From a virus (Duplodnaviria; Caudoviricetes): a stretch of 59,282 bases of DNA. The notes under the pieces were generated by a model. It did not search any database, was not told the DNA's origin, and was given only the letters and a program-made list of their open reading frames with translations. How positions within the stretch are numbered: the first letter of the stretch is position 1; the number at the start of each line of letters is the position of its first letter. Shown piece after piece: positions 1-9,741 of this stretch. The position numbers and the translations under genes are program-made. Location of the stretch: the IMG/VR virus record IMGVR_UViG_3300027756_000012, positions 1 through 59,282 of that record; one strand, written 5' to 3'.

Positions 1-387
1 ATTAAAAAGATGGCCGAGAATGATGCCAGCCGCGGCATGGTAGCACCTGAAGTCAAACGCAAGGCAGAAGCTGAGTACAAGGCCGGACAGGCTGCTAAAT
101 CAGCACCGGGCTATGTTGCTCCTCCAGTTCTGCGAGCCGGCGAAGGCGGTGCACTGACTGATAGAGACATTGCTGCCAACATGCTGTCACAGGCACAGGC
201 CATGGAAGCCAATGCCAAGCAGATGATTGCCGAAGCAGCACGTATGAAAAAAGATGCCGAGCGCATGGATCCCACAGTGAGCAGACCCAGCAAAGCAAAG
301 TTGGTAGTGGCTGAGACGGCAGCGCCGGTCAAACGCACACGTGGTCCTAACAAAGTTAAAACTACCGTAGCAGATGCAACACAATGA
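1..387 (+). CDS. hypothetical phage protein, probably 5'-truncated
   Basis: Frame is open from base 1 (ATT AAA AAG ATG...). Ala-rich predicted coiled coil with a basic tail; overlaps the next ORF. Confidence 0.65.
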   Translation: MKKMAENDASRGMVAPEVKRKAEAEYKAGQAAKSAPGYVAPPVLRAGEGGALTDRDIAANMLSQAQAMEANAKQMIAEAARMKKDAERMDPTVSRPSKAKLVVAETAAPVKRTRGPNKVKTTVADATQ

Positions 388-676
388 TGACTTCCTCACA
401 GCCTGGGAACACATTGTTGCTGACGTATCAAAAACTGATGTCCCACTTGAGTGTATTAAAAAAATAGTAATTAAATTTCATGGTGGGCGTCAGAAAACGT
501 TTAATCTGTCCGCACTGCAAAAACAAGGAATGAGCATTAATGAAATTGAAACCATGCTGACTCGAACCTTGACTGAGCTAGACAATGAAATTCGTGACAT
601 AGATTTTGTTGTGGATGTGAGTGCTGTGGCCAACATGGTGCAACCAGAAACCAACAAAATTCTAAGCGGTCTGTAA
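374..676 (+). CDS. hypothetical protein (100 aa)
   Basis: ATG ORF packed tightly between the previous gene and thyX, with globular composition. Confidence 0.75.
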   Translation: MQHNDDFLTAWEHIVADVSKTDVPLECIKKIVIKFHGGRQKTFNLSALQKQGMSINEIETMLTRTLTELDNEIRDIDFVVDVSAVANMVQPETNKILSGL

Positions 677-678
677 TC

Positions 679-1371
679 ATGAATGTTAAACTTGTATCAT
701 ACAGCCAGCCAACTGTAGAATTTGCCGGCATGGGTGTTGATGATGCACAGGAACTTGTTGCGTATTGTGCCCGTGTATCCAATCCGGCCAACCAACTCAA
801 CACCGAGACATCAGAGCGACTTATCCGATACTTGGTCAAGCACCAACACTGGTCGCCCCTTGAAATGGTGTCCGCCTGTATCGAAATCACCACTACCCGT
901 GACATCGCCCGACAGATTCTACGTCACAGAAGTTTTAGCTTTCAAGAGTTCTCCCAGCGATATGCTGATCCTACAGCTGAACTCGATGAAGCGTTTGTGT
1001 TACGTGAGGCACGATTTCAAGACACCCGGAATCGACAGAACAGCGTAGACTTTGACATGACGGATGAGTCGCAACGGCTCTTGGCCTATGAATGGGAACG
1101 TGCTCAAAAGCGTGTGTTGTATGCTGTCAAGAAAGAGTACAAGTGGGCCATTGACAATGGCGTTGCCAAAGAACAAGCTAGAGCTGTGTTGCCCGAAGGT
1201 CTTACTGTAAGCCGCATGTACATGAATGGTACCCTGCGTTCATGGATTCACTACATGGAATTACGTGCTGCCAATGGTACACAACGAGAACACCAAGACA
1301 TTGCTTGTGCCTGTGCTCAAGCCATTGCAGCAATTTTTCCAATGACCAAGTCATTTAATGAACTGAAATGA
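679..1371 (+). CDS. thyX: FAD-dependent thymidylate synthase ThyX
   Basis: ThyX signature RHRSFSFQEFSQRY, plus HWSPLEM, EQARAVLP and TQREH motifs. Confidence 0.97.
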   Translation: MNVKLVSYSQPTVEFAGMGVDDAQELVAYCARVSNPANQLNTETSERLIRYLVKHQHWSPLEMVSACIEITTTRDIARQILRHRSFSFQEFSQRYADPTAELDEAFVLREARFQDTRNRQNSVDFDMTDESQRLLAYEWERAQKRVLYAVKKEYKWAIDNGVAKEQARAVLPEGLTVSRMYMNGTLRSWIHYMELRAANGTQREHQDIACACAQAIAAIFPMTKSFNELK

Positions 1372-2318
1372 TTACCATCTATCTTGGTGATGTGTCTGAT
1401 TATCTAAGACAACAAGCCATTAAATCTGATCCGGCTGCGCAGTTAATCACAGTAGAAAATTACAAAAATCTAAACACTGGCACATACTTTACCAGTTTGG
1501 GAGAGTTGAGCAGTTTAACAATGCTAGGCGAAGTGCTACAGCAGGCCGACTGCATTGTGTACTCGCCGCCACCAGGTGAGTGGAGTGACTGTTTTTTTGG
1601 CAAGAGTCATATGCAAACCTGGACTGAAGATTATTTAGATATATTTAAATTCAGATGCAAGATACAGAATTACAACACCAAAGCGCCTGAATTTGATCAG
1701 ATATTAACACTTGCCGACACAAGAAAAACAGACAGTTCGCAATTGTGGATCGCTGGATGTAGTATAACTCACGGAGAAGGTGTAAGCGACAACATGCGAT
1801 ATGGACAATTATTGGCAGAACGATTAGATACTGACGTAAGTTTTTTAACACGTCGAGGTTCATCCATTGCTTGGGCAGCCGATCAAATTCTTAGATCAGA
1901 CATCAGACCCAATGATACTGTGGTCTGGGGGTTGACAGCTCATGCAAGACTTATGAGATTCGAAATGAACAAATTCAAGGGTTTTGTGTTGGGCTCCAAA
2001 GAACACACACAATCAACAATGGATTATTGTACTAGTGATCAAGCTCTATATCACTCTGTTATTGCTGTACACCAGGTAATTAACTTTTGCGCAAAAATAC
2101 ATGCAAAATTAATATTGGCCAGTGTGTTTGACCGATCGGTTGTTGACTATATTCAAGACTTTCCTAATTTAGTAATGTTAAACGGACTCTGGGGCAGAGA
2201 CATTGGCCATATGTTTATGGATCTGGGTTCAGACTCAATACATCCCGGAATCAAAACACATGAATTTTATGCTGATCAAATCTATCAAAAAATACAAACG
2301 TCGGTTGCACCAACATAA
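1368..2318 (+). CDS. hypothetical protein with C-terminal SGNH/GDSL-like domain
   Basis: Block-I-like IAGCSITHG and C-terminal DSIHPG; ATGA overlap with thyX. Confidence 0.6.
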   Translation: MITIYLGDVSDYLRQQAIKSDPAAQLITVENYKNLNTGTYFTSLGELSSLTMLGEVLQQADCIVYSPPPGEWSDCFFGKSHMQTWTEDYLDIFKFRCKIQNYNTKAPEFDQILTLADTRKTDSSQLWIAGCSITHGEGVSDNMRYGQLLAERLDTDVSFLTRRGSSIAWAADQILRSDIRPNDTVVWGLTAHARLMRFEMNKFKGFVLGSKEHTQSTMDYCTSDQALYHSVIAVHQVINFCAKIHAKLILASVFDRSVVDYIQDFPNLVMLNGLWGRDIGHMFMDLGSDSIHPGIKTHEFYADQIYQKIQTSVAPT

Positions 2319-2333
2319 AAATTGTGCTACAAT
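2305..2333 (+). promoter_or_regulatory. sigma70-type promoter with extended -10
   Basis: TTGCAC (2305-2310), 17 nt, TACAAT (2328-2333), with TG at 2325-2326. ATG lies 5 nt downstream. Confidence 0.65.
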
Positions 2334-2338
2334 GTGTT

Positions 2339-2668
2339 ATGGCAATAACGCATAACCATTGGACTGAATACGCACACTGGAAAGCTGCCGAAGTAAAAAT
2401 CATCGACAACCGAGCAGTACGGTTTCGTGATGTCTGTGTACACGAAATGCATGTGGGTGATGTGGATGATCCTGACATATATGTGGCACAACACATATGG
2501 GAATGGCAACAGACCGAAGCAGGGGAGTTTGTCATGACTCATGCTGTGGATAAACCTTACTGGATTCGTGCAACCGATCATCTCACATACGGACATGTAT
2601 ATCGTATTGTGGCCAGGCTCGCTGAACCAGACGAACTCTTCTGGACATTAAAATGGGGTAGTATATGA
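2339..2668 (+). CDS. hypothetical phage protein
   Basis: The track starts at GTG 2324, which lies inside the promoter, so ATG 2339 is preferred. ATGA overlap with the epimerase. Confidence 0.7.
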   Translation: MAITHNHWTEYAHWKAAEVKIIDNRAVRFRDVCVHEMHVGDVDDPDIYVAQHIWEWQQTEAGEFVMTHAVDKPYWIRATDHLTYGHVYRIVARLAEPDELFWTLKWGSI

Positions 2669-3636
2669 GAATATTAGTAACAGGCGGCCTTGGGTTGATC
2701 GGACACAATGTAGTGTCACGACTGCAGGCGCAAGGACATCGAGTAATTGTATTAGATTCCAAAACAACCTACGGCATTGTGCCGCAGAGTGAAATTGACT
2801 ACTTGATGCTGGAACGTAGGATAAAAATTGCCCCAGATACCAATGTGTATGCGCACGACATCTGTGATGCAGACGCAGTAGAACATGTGTTTGATGTAGA
2901 GCGTCCTGACGCGGTGATACACATGGCCAGCTTTCCTAGGCAGAAAGTTGTCAACGCTAACCCGGCCTGGGGTAGCCGTGTAATGATGGAAGGATTGATC
3001 AACCTTTGTGAGAGTGCCAAAAGGCATGGTATTAGACGCATGGTCTACATCAGCAGCAGTATGGTGTATGGTGACTTTGCGGATCAAGTCACAGAAGATC
3101 ACCCGTGCAGACCCATCGGGCAGTACGGCATTATGAAGTTAACAGGAGAAGATATTGTCAAGGATTACCGTCGCCGCGGCGCTTTTGATTATGTTGTTGT
3201 TAGGCCCAGTGCTGTCTACGGTCCCTTGGACGTGGAGGACCGAGTGGTTGCAAAGTTTATGCTTGCCGCAATGCGAGGCGGCGTTCTTACAGTTAATGGG
3301 CCAGGGGAAACGCTAGACTTTACCTATGTGGATGATGCAGCCGACGGTGTCGTGGCCGCTGCCACTAAGGACACAGCCGCAAACAATACCTACAACATCA
3401 CCCGTAGTCAGTCGGTGACACTGTTGGCCGCAGCCGAAATGATTGTGAACTGTGCGGGACAGGGCAAGATCTCAGTACAGGATCGAGACTTAAACTTTCC
3501 CAGTCGCGGTGCACTGAACATCGATCGTGCAAGAACTGTGCTGGGCTACAATCCCACAATAAACGTTGAACAAGGATTTCAAAAATATTATGAGTGGATT
3601 AGCAATTCCGTTTACTGGTCTAAAAACTCAGTATAA
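2665..3636 (+). CDS. NAD-dependent NDP-sugar epimerase/dehydratase (extended SDR)
   Basis: TGGLGLIG Rossmann motif, ISSSMVYG, catalytic YGIMK (YxxxK), DFTYVDD. Confidence 0.92.
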   Translation: MRILVTGGLGLIGHNVVSRLQAQGHRVIVLDSKTTYGIVPQSEIDYLMLERRIKIAPDTNVYAHDICDADAVEHVFDVERPDAVIHMASFPRQKVVNANPAWGSRVMMEGLINLCESAKRHGIRRMVYISSSMVYGDFADQVTEDHPCRPIGQYGIMKLTGEDIVKDYRRRGAFDYVVVRPSAVYGPLDVEDRVVAKFMLAAMRGGVLTVNGPGETLDFTYVDDAADGVVAAATKDTAANNTYNITRSQSVTLLAAAEMIVNCAGQGKISVQDRDLNFPSRGALNIDRARTVLGYNPTINVEQGFQKYYEWISNSVYWSKNSV

Positions 3637-4690
3637 CCGTCTCCGCAAGGAGATACTGGACGCCACTGACCAAGTGCTACGGTCAGGTCAACTCATGAAC
3701 GGACAATATACACAGTCATTTGAGTTTTGGCTGGCCCGCAAGAACGGTGTCAAGCATGCTGTGACCTGCCACTCGGGTACCCATGCTCTAGAGATACTTG
3801 CCAGTTACTGGATGCAATTTGAAAACATAAATCCGCCTACGGTTGTGTTACCGGCTATGAGCTATGTTGCCACTGCCAATGCATTTATTCGTGCCGGATG
3901 GGACGTTTACTTTGCTGATGTAGATGCCTACGGTGTGATTGATCCCGACACTATTCCGCATACACTGAGTTATCAGGCCATTGTGTTGGTGGGATTGTAT
4001 GGTACTGCCATGACACACTATATTCGTGTAACGCATTGGCAAAAATGGATTAGTGAAAATACCATTGTGATAGAAGATGCTGCCCAACATTGGTTGGCAG
4101 CCGATTGCAAACGTATTGGCAACGGCAGTGCCATCAGCTTTGATCCCATGAAGAACTTGGCCTGCTACGGCAACGGCGGTGCTGTGGTCACTGACTCAGA
4201 CGATCTTGCTGACTTTGCAAAAGATTTTAGAGACAACGGTAAACACACTGGTCACAGATCCGCAGGATCTAATTCACGCATGAGCGAACTAGACTGTGCT
4301 ACCATGCTGATCAAGGCCGCACACCTGGATTCATGGCAATCACGGCGCAGAGACATTGCTGAGCAATATATACAAGCATTCAAAGATGCTGACCTGCGTT
4401 GCTTGATTGACGATTCAAACTTCCACAATCATGCGTTTCATAAATTTGTTGTTGAAGTGGACAACCGAGATCAAGTCAAGACTGCGTTGGCCGAAAAAGG
4501 TATCGAGACCAAAGTTCATTACGAATACGCATTACCAGAACTTTCTGTGTATCGACAGTATCCAGCACCAGACATGATGGGTGCATGCCATTCTCTTACT
4601 CGTCGTTGTTTGAGTCTGCCAATCTATCCTGAACTGACTGACTCCGAAGTCAAATACATCACTGATCAGGTGTTAGATTGCGTCGCATAA
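3590..4690 (+). CDS. DegT/DnrJ/EryC1/StrS family PLP-dependent sugar aminotransferase
   Basis: SGTHAL, IEDAAQ, SFDPMKNLACYGNGG (PLP lysine), NSRMSE, LSLPIYPEL. ATG 3590 preferred over TTG 3566. Confidence 0.93.
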   Translation: MSGLAIPFTGLKTQYNRLRKEILDATDQVLRSGQLMNGQYTQSFEFWLARKNGVKHAVTCHSGTHALEILASYWMQFENINPPTVVLPAMSYVATANAFIRAGWDVYFADVDAYGVIDPDTIPHTLSYQAIVLVGLYGTAMTHYIRVTHWQKWISENTIVIEDAAQHWLAADCKRIGNGSAISFDPMKNLACYGNGGAVVTDSDDLADFAKDFRDNGKHTGHRSAGSNSRMSELDCATMLIKAAHLDSWQSRRRDIAEQYIQAFKDADLRCLIDDSNFHNHAFHKFVVEVDNRDQVKTALAEKGIETKVHYEYALPELSVYRQYPAPDMMGACHSLTRRCLSLPIYPELTDSEVKYITDQVLDCVA

Positions 4691-7600
4691 ACGCATAGCT
4701 GGCCAACCAGGCCCACTCATAGCTTTTCCGAAGTTCCGTGTGGTTGCCGTTGACTTCTTCATAAAACTCCACAGCATCTTGTGCACCTTTTGAGCTCCAG
4801 TGTCCATTGGCAATGGTGCCAGAGTCTTCCTTTAACCAAACTTTTAGTCTATATTCATTTTCCACGTCGGGCAAACTTGCACGTAGTTTAAGTGCTTCAC
4901 GGAAAGCAGTACGCCAGGCCATCCAAGGTGTTTCAGCATACATTGCTGTGCCACTGACAATAGGTACAACTTCGTGTGCTTGGTCTAGTGTAAAATCCAA
5001 ACCAACGCCGGTGTTCTCCAATGCCAATTGCCGGTTGTAGGCAATCATGGCCTGGTGACCGTATACCAATCCATTTACAGGATTACCAGCATGGAAAATA
5101 TAGTGCTTGGGCTGTTGCATACGATCAGGTTGCCAGGTCCAATCAAACATTTGATTCACTTCTAGCTTGGCAAACACAGCAAAAAACCAAGGTGTGGTGC
5201 TGGCTCTAGCAGCCGCATGATATGCTGCCACTCGTCCGTTTACACCTTCTATCACATGAACACGGTTTGTGTACCTTGACTCGTTGGCCAAATACATTGT
5301 CATCTGCAAATAATTGGACTTGGCATTGGGTTCACCATTGCTGATAAACACAATGTCCAACGGATTGTCTTTCAACCAGCGACGTGTTTTATCAATATAA
5401 GCATAGTCGTATAACTGTGTGCGTATATCGCCCACTGCTGTTCTCGGCACAACAACACTGGTTGCTCCATTGGTCAACGGCACAATTGTTTTGGTTTCTT
5501 TGCGCCACAACGGAACAGTGACCATATCGCCCGGTACATAATCAGTTGTGGTGAAAGTGGCCAATGGACCTGCCCAAGCAGTGGTTTTAACTGCATCCAC
5601 ATGACTGTCCTGACTGTGCCGAATCACTGGCATGGGCCTACGTGGTACTGAACGGCGCGGCACATAGTTTACACTGTACCATTCCAACAGGGCTTTCTTT
5701 TCTGCACGTTCAGCAAAGGTAGGCACATGCATGTAGAACGTATCGCCAAACTTTTCTTTGTCTGACGCAAACACATGCAACATGGTGCTTTGCCATGTTT
5801 CTGGATGCCATGTAAAGTCAAAGTTGGTATAGTCGCAGATACTACTACATACCCACACATGTTCGTATTCGCCTACTAGGCTCTTGGCCAAGCGTATCAG
5901 TGTATCTCTGTAGTTGTCAAAGTAACGCACCTTTCGAACCGTTCCGTCAATCTGCCCAGCTGCACCATCCAAGTGATCTATTTCAAATATGGGTGCTGCT
6001 TCCTTTTTGACTTCAGCTCGCATCATGTCCACGTACTTGAACTCTGTAGCCCCGGGCATGCGATACTGTGGCCCACCAGTCTTTTGGTGCTGTGTGGCAA
6101 ACTGATAGATGTAAGGTGGTTCACCCGGGTCTGGCTGCCAGCTAAAGTCCATGTCAGTTAGGTCAACATGTTTTGGAATACTCCAGTTGGTCATGTCAAC
6201 TAACAATTTGGCTATGGGTCCGGTCATGTACTTGTGTTCAGTGGCACCTGGCATGTGATATTCCACAGTGGACATTACTTCGGCAGAATGCCACTGATTA
6301 CCAAACACATAGATGTAGGGCGGGCTTCCAGGTTCTGGTCTCCAGGTATAGTCCCATTCACAATCAACCAGTGTATGCCAATGATTATCATGATTGGGCA
6401 ACAACTGTGCGGCAATATCCATGTACTTGCGTTCAGTGGCCTCCAGCATGTGGTATTCTACTGTGGGCATAACTTCTGCACTATAGTACTGATTGCCAAA
6501 CACATAGTTGTACGGGGGTGAGCCAGGATCGGGTTCCCACGACCAATCAAAGTCTGCAGGATAGTGATGTATAAACCGTGTCGGATCGCCGCACCGACGA
6601 GCCCGCGGATGATCCATGTATTTGATTTCTTCAGCACCTGCTACACAGTATCTCAGTGCCGGACGTTGTTCCGGAGTGAGCCACTGATTACCAAACACAT
6701 AGATGTAAGGAGGATCGGTGGGATCGGGTCTCCACGAATAATCAAACTCTGCAATATCGTCTAGCAATTCCCAAGCAGACATATCTTGCGCTAGTGTAGC
6801 AACAATATCATCTACATACTTGATTTCGGTTCCGCCAGCATTGTATACCACAGTGGGTTCTAGCACAGCTGAGTTCCACTGGTTGCCAAACACATATGTC
6901 ATTGGCGGATCAAACGGATTTGGTTCCCACGAGTAATCAAATTTGCTCACTGCTAAATTATGGCCAAACAATTGGGGTTGCGGAAGTCTTGTTGTGCGAC
7001 GATCCATGTACTTGACTTCTGTTGCACCTGGTACATGATACTTGACACTGGCTTTGAATTCGGGCGGATTCCATTGATTACCCCACACGTAGATGTAAGG
7101 AGGATCGTTGGGATTAGGTACCCATGTCCAATCCCAGGCAGCATCATCAATGTCTTCGCAGATCACCCAATCAGCCATGCAACCCCACAAACGTGCAACC
7201 AGTGAGTCAACAAACTTGTCTGACGTAGCACCAGGCATTTCGTACACAAGTGTGGGCATTTCTGTAGCTGGCCAATGCTGATTGCCAAAAACATAATTGT
7301 AAGCAAGTTCAGTGTTGTCAGGGTGCCATGAATAATCAAATTTAGCAACATCTTCCAACAACTTCCAGGCAGTTTTATCTGGCAGTCTACGATGTTGTAT
7401 TTCTACATACTTGCGTTCAGTTGCACCCGGTACTACATAACAGGCACCTCCGTTAGGTTGCCACTGTGTAGCAAATTCATAAACGTATGGCTGTTCTGTA
7501 TTGCTGGGATGCCAACTATAATCAACACTAGATACATCAACTGTGTCGGGTGTTATCCAATTGCTGTAGTTAGATAATTTACGATGCTGTATTTCTACAT

Positions 7601-8651
7601 ACTTGCGTTCAGTTGCGCCTGGCACTGTGTATACTGCACCTCCGTTAGGTTGCCACTGTGTAGCAAATTCATAAACGTATGGCGGATCTCCAGGATCTGG
7701 TGTCCACGAGTAATCTACACCGGTTGGGTCAATGTCGTCGGGAACTGACCAATTGGTTTTATTTCCCAACAGTGTAACAGGCTGGTCCATGTACTTGCGT
7801 TCAGTGGCGCCTGGCACATGGTATTCAACTGTGGGCATCTTTTCCGCAGGCCACCATTGATTACCCCACACGTAGATGTAAGGAGGATCTCCTGGATCTG
7901 GTTCCCAACTCCAATCAAACTCGCAAGGATACAAGCAAGTGAACTTACTGCTGTCGGGCAATCGCACTGTGCGAATAGTGTCCATGTATTTTTTTACAAC
8001 AGCATCGGGTGCATGATATTCCACACTGGCACGAACTTCTGCCGGCCAATGCTGATTTCCAAACACATAGATCATTGGAGGATCAAACGGATTTGGATGC
8101 CAGTGGAACACAGGATCCGCGGGGTCTACACAATCATACACTTGCCAGTCCTGACGATTGGACTGTGTACGAGCAACAAATGTATCCATGTACTTGCGTT
8201 CTGTTGCACCAGGAATTCTATACTCCGGTCCGCCCGCACGATCCCAATCCCACTCTACAGGAAACTCATAGATGTAAGGGGGATCAACAGGGTTGGGCGC
8301 CCATCTGAGATTTATGCTGGCAGGATCAATCCATTCGGGGATATGCCAAAAATCAACATCGGGTAATCTATGCACTTGATGATCTGTGTGGTAATTTGTT
8401 TCACGATATCCATCTTTGGGTATAAGATAAACTCCAGCATCCAGTTGATATTGATCCAACCAGGCATGTCGCTGATCAGCTTGCCACGGCACCGGCTCCC
8501 AAAGAAAATCAAAGCCAGTGAAGTCTGATAAGTAATTTACAAACCAAAAGAAACGTGTACGACTCTGCTGTTGTGCTTGTTCAATGGTATCTACTGCCTG
8601 CTCATGCGCAAACAAATTGGGCTTTTTTCCAGAATAAAATACATCAAACAT
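4659..8651 (-). CDS. 1330-aa repeat protein with C-terminal glycosyltransferase-like (GT-A-like) domain
   Basis: Long ORF with 12 W/P/Y-rich repeats. The C-terminal domain aligns by eye with the 26121-27047 protein (DIVFIS.GEP, V.GVNG.VAAY.AAA, NPVNGLVYG, AWRTAFREALKL). Confidence 0.8.
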   Translation of the reverse strand: MFDVFYSGKKPNLFAHEQAVDTIEQAQQQSRTRFFWFVNYLSDFTGFDFLWEPVPWQADQRHAWLDQYQLDAGVYLIPKDGYRETNYHTDHQVHRLPDVDFWHIPEWIDPASINLRWAPNPVDPPYIYEFPVEWDWDRAGGPEYRIPGATERKYMDTFVARTQSNRQDWQVYDCVDPADPVFHWHPNPFDPPMIYVFGNQHWPAEVRASVEYHAPDAVVKKYMDTIRTVRLPDSSKFTCLYPCEFDWSWEPDPGDPPYIYVWGNQWWPAEKMPTVEYHVPGATERKYMDQPVTLLGNKTNWSVPDDIDPTGVDYSWTPDPGDPPYVYEFATQWQPNGGAVYTVPGATERKYVEIQHRKLSNYSNWITPDTVDVSSVDYSWHPSNTEQPYVYEFATQWQPNGGACYVVPGATERKYVEIQHRRLPDKTAWKLLEDVAKFDYSWHPDNTELAYNYVFGNQHWPATEMPTLVYEMPGATSDKFVDSLVARLWGCMADWVICEDIDDAAWDWTWVPNPNDPPYIYVWGNQWNPPEFKASVKYHVPGATEVKYMDRRTTRLPQPQLFGHNLAVSKFDYSWEPNPFDPPMTYVFGNQWNSAVLEPTVVYNAGGTEIKYVDDIVATLAQDMSAWELLDDIAEFDYSWRPDPTDPPYIYVFGNQWLTPEQRPALRYCVAGAEEIKYMDHPRARRCGDPTRFIHHYPADFDWSWEPDPGSPPYNYVFGNQYYSAEVMPTVEYHMLEATERKYMDIAAQLLPNHDNHWHTLVDCEWDYTWRPEPGSPPYIYVFGNQWHSAEVMSTVEYHMPGATEHKYMTGPIAKLLVDMTNWSIPKHVDLTDMDFSWQPDPGEPPYIYQFATQHQKTGGPQYRMPGATEFKYVDMMRAEVKKEAAPIFEIDHLDGAAGQIDGTVRKVRYFDNYRDTLIRLAKSLVGEYEHVWVCSSICDYTNFDFTWHPETWQSTMLHVFASDKEKFGDTFYMHVPTFAERAEKKALLEWYSVNYVPRRSVPRRPMPVIRHSQDSHVDAVKTTAWAGPLATFTTTDYVPGDMVTVPLWRKETKTIVPLTNGATSVVVPRTAVGDIRTQLYDYAYIDKTRRWLKDNPLDIVFISNGEPNAKSNYLQMTMYLANESRYTNRVHVIEGVNGRVAAYHAAARASTTPWFFAVFAKLEVNQMFDWTWQPDRMQQPKHYIFHAGNPVNGLVYGHQAMIAYNRQLALENTGVGLDFTLDQAHEVVPIVSGTAMYAETPWMAWRTAFREALKLRASLPDVENEYRLKVWLKEDSGTIANGHWSSKGAQDAVEFYEEVNGNHTELRKSYEWAWLASYAFMRRNLTPDQ
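6027..8355 (-). repeat. 12 tandem ~65-aa coding repeats
   Basis: Consensus FDYSWxPDPxDPPYIYVFGNQWxxxExxPTVEYxVPGATExKYMD counted 12 times in the translation. Boundaries approximate. Confidence 0.9.
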
Positions 8652-9741
8652 GATAAGAATAGACGAGATTTATAATAATACTTTTTGGCCATGGATAGAA
8701 AAAAATCTACCAGGTACGAGATTGTTTTTTTGTGATCCGCCAGGGCGAACTGATCCGGATGCTTTATTTAACATGGGCAGCGACAGCATTGTAGAAACTG
8801 ACTATGTGTGGATGCACGATCAGGAACCGTGCTGGGTGGAAGAATATCAGCCATTGTTTGACGATGTTATCAGACGAAACCATGATATACGTACCAACCC
8901 GCCGGGCCATGTTGTTGTAAGTGAACACGGCGAGTATGTTGAGCGTCTGTGTGAAAAATATGGCTGGAAAAGTCATTATTATTTTTATCATGGCTGGGCC
9001 TGTCAGGATTGGTTTCGTGGTTACGACAAAACATTCTTAATTCCTCGTGCAAGAGATCGTGCACCTACACGGACGTTCATGAGTCCCAATCGCATTGTGG
9101 GCGGCAAGCGTGATCATCGTGTGTTGTTTTTGTATAATGTATTCAAACAGGGCCTGGAGCATAATCACATCAGTGTGCCACGCATCTGCCAATATGAAAA
9201 TGTTGACATTGGTGTAATAGCTAACAAGTATTGTAACACATATCCAGATATTTCGCAAGTGTTTGAACAGGCCACTTTGCCAAGATTGTTTGTGGGCGAA
9301 GAATCACAACAAATGACCAGTTGCTGGTTAGGTAACTATACCGAAGCACAAGACAGCTTGGTATATGTGCCCACCGAAACACTATACTTTGGTCGCAGAA
9401 CACACATAACAGAAAAAACATTCAAAGCCATTGCATTAGAAATGCCATTTGCATTGGTGGCGCCGGCACACAGTTTAGAGTATCTGCGCAGTTACGGATT
9501 CCAAACATTCAGTTCAGTGTTTGATGAAAGCTATGACACCGAAACCGACGACACGGTGCGTGTGGAAAAGGTCACTAGGTTATTAAAAGACCTAGACTGC
9601 TTGTCACCTAAAGAACGCCAAGAAATACATCGTGCTTGTTTACCTATTGTGGAACACAATTATAATCATTTTTACAAAGGTGGTTTGACAGATGTGCTCT
9701 GGCCCGAACTTATAGGTATGTTGGATGGCCTACGCAAATAA
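8650..9741 (+). CDS. putative glycosyltransferase-like protein (ET...TEK family)
   Basis: C-terminal VPTET..ITEKTFKAI...PF...GFQTF...DESYD, shared with two paralogs and reminiscent of the GT10 TEK motif. Confidence 0.55.
   Translation: MIRIDEIYNNTFWPWIEKNLPGTRLFFCDPPGRTDPDALFNMGSDSIVETDYVWMHDQEPCWVEEYQPLFDDVIRRNHDIRTNPPGHVVVSEHGEYVERLCEKYGWKSHYYFYHGWACQDWFRGYDKTFLIPRARDRAPTRTFMSPNRIVGGKRDHRVLFLYNVFKQGLEHNHISVPRICQYENVDIGVIANKYCNTYPDISQVFEQATLPRLFVGEESQQMTSCWLGNYTEAQDSLVYVPTETLYFGRRTHITEKTFKAIALEMPFALVAPAHSLEYLRSYGFQTFSSVFDESYDTETDDTVRVEKVTRLLKDLDCLSPKERQEIHRACLPIVEHNYNHFYKGGLTDVLWPELIGMLDGLRK

Noticed and set aside
6027-8355. Repeats as diversity-generating retroelement TR/VR
   Set aside because: No reverse transcriptase in the window, and differences between copies are not adenine-specific.
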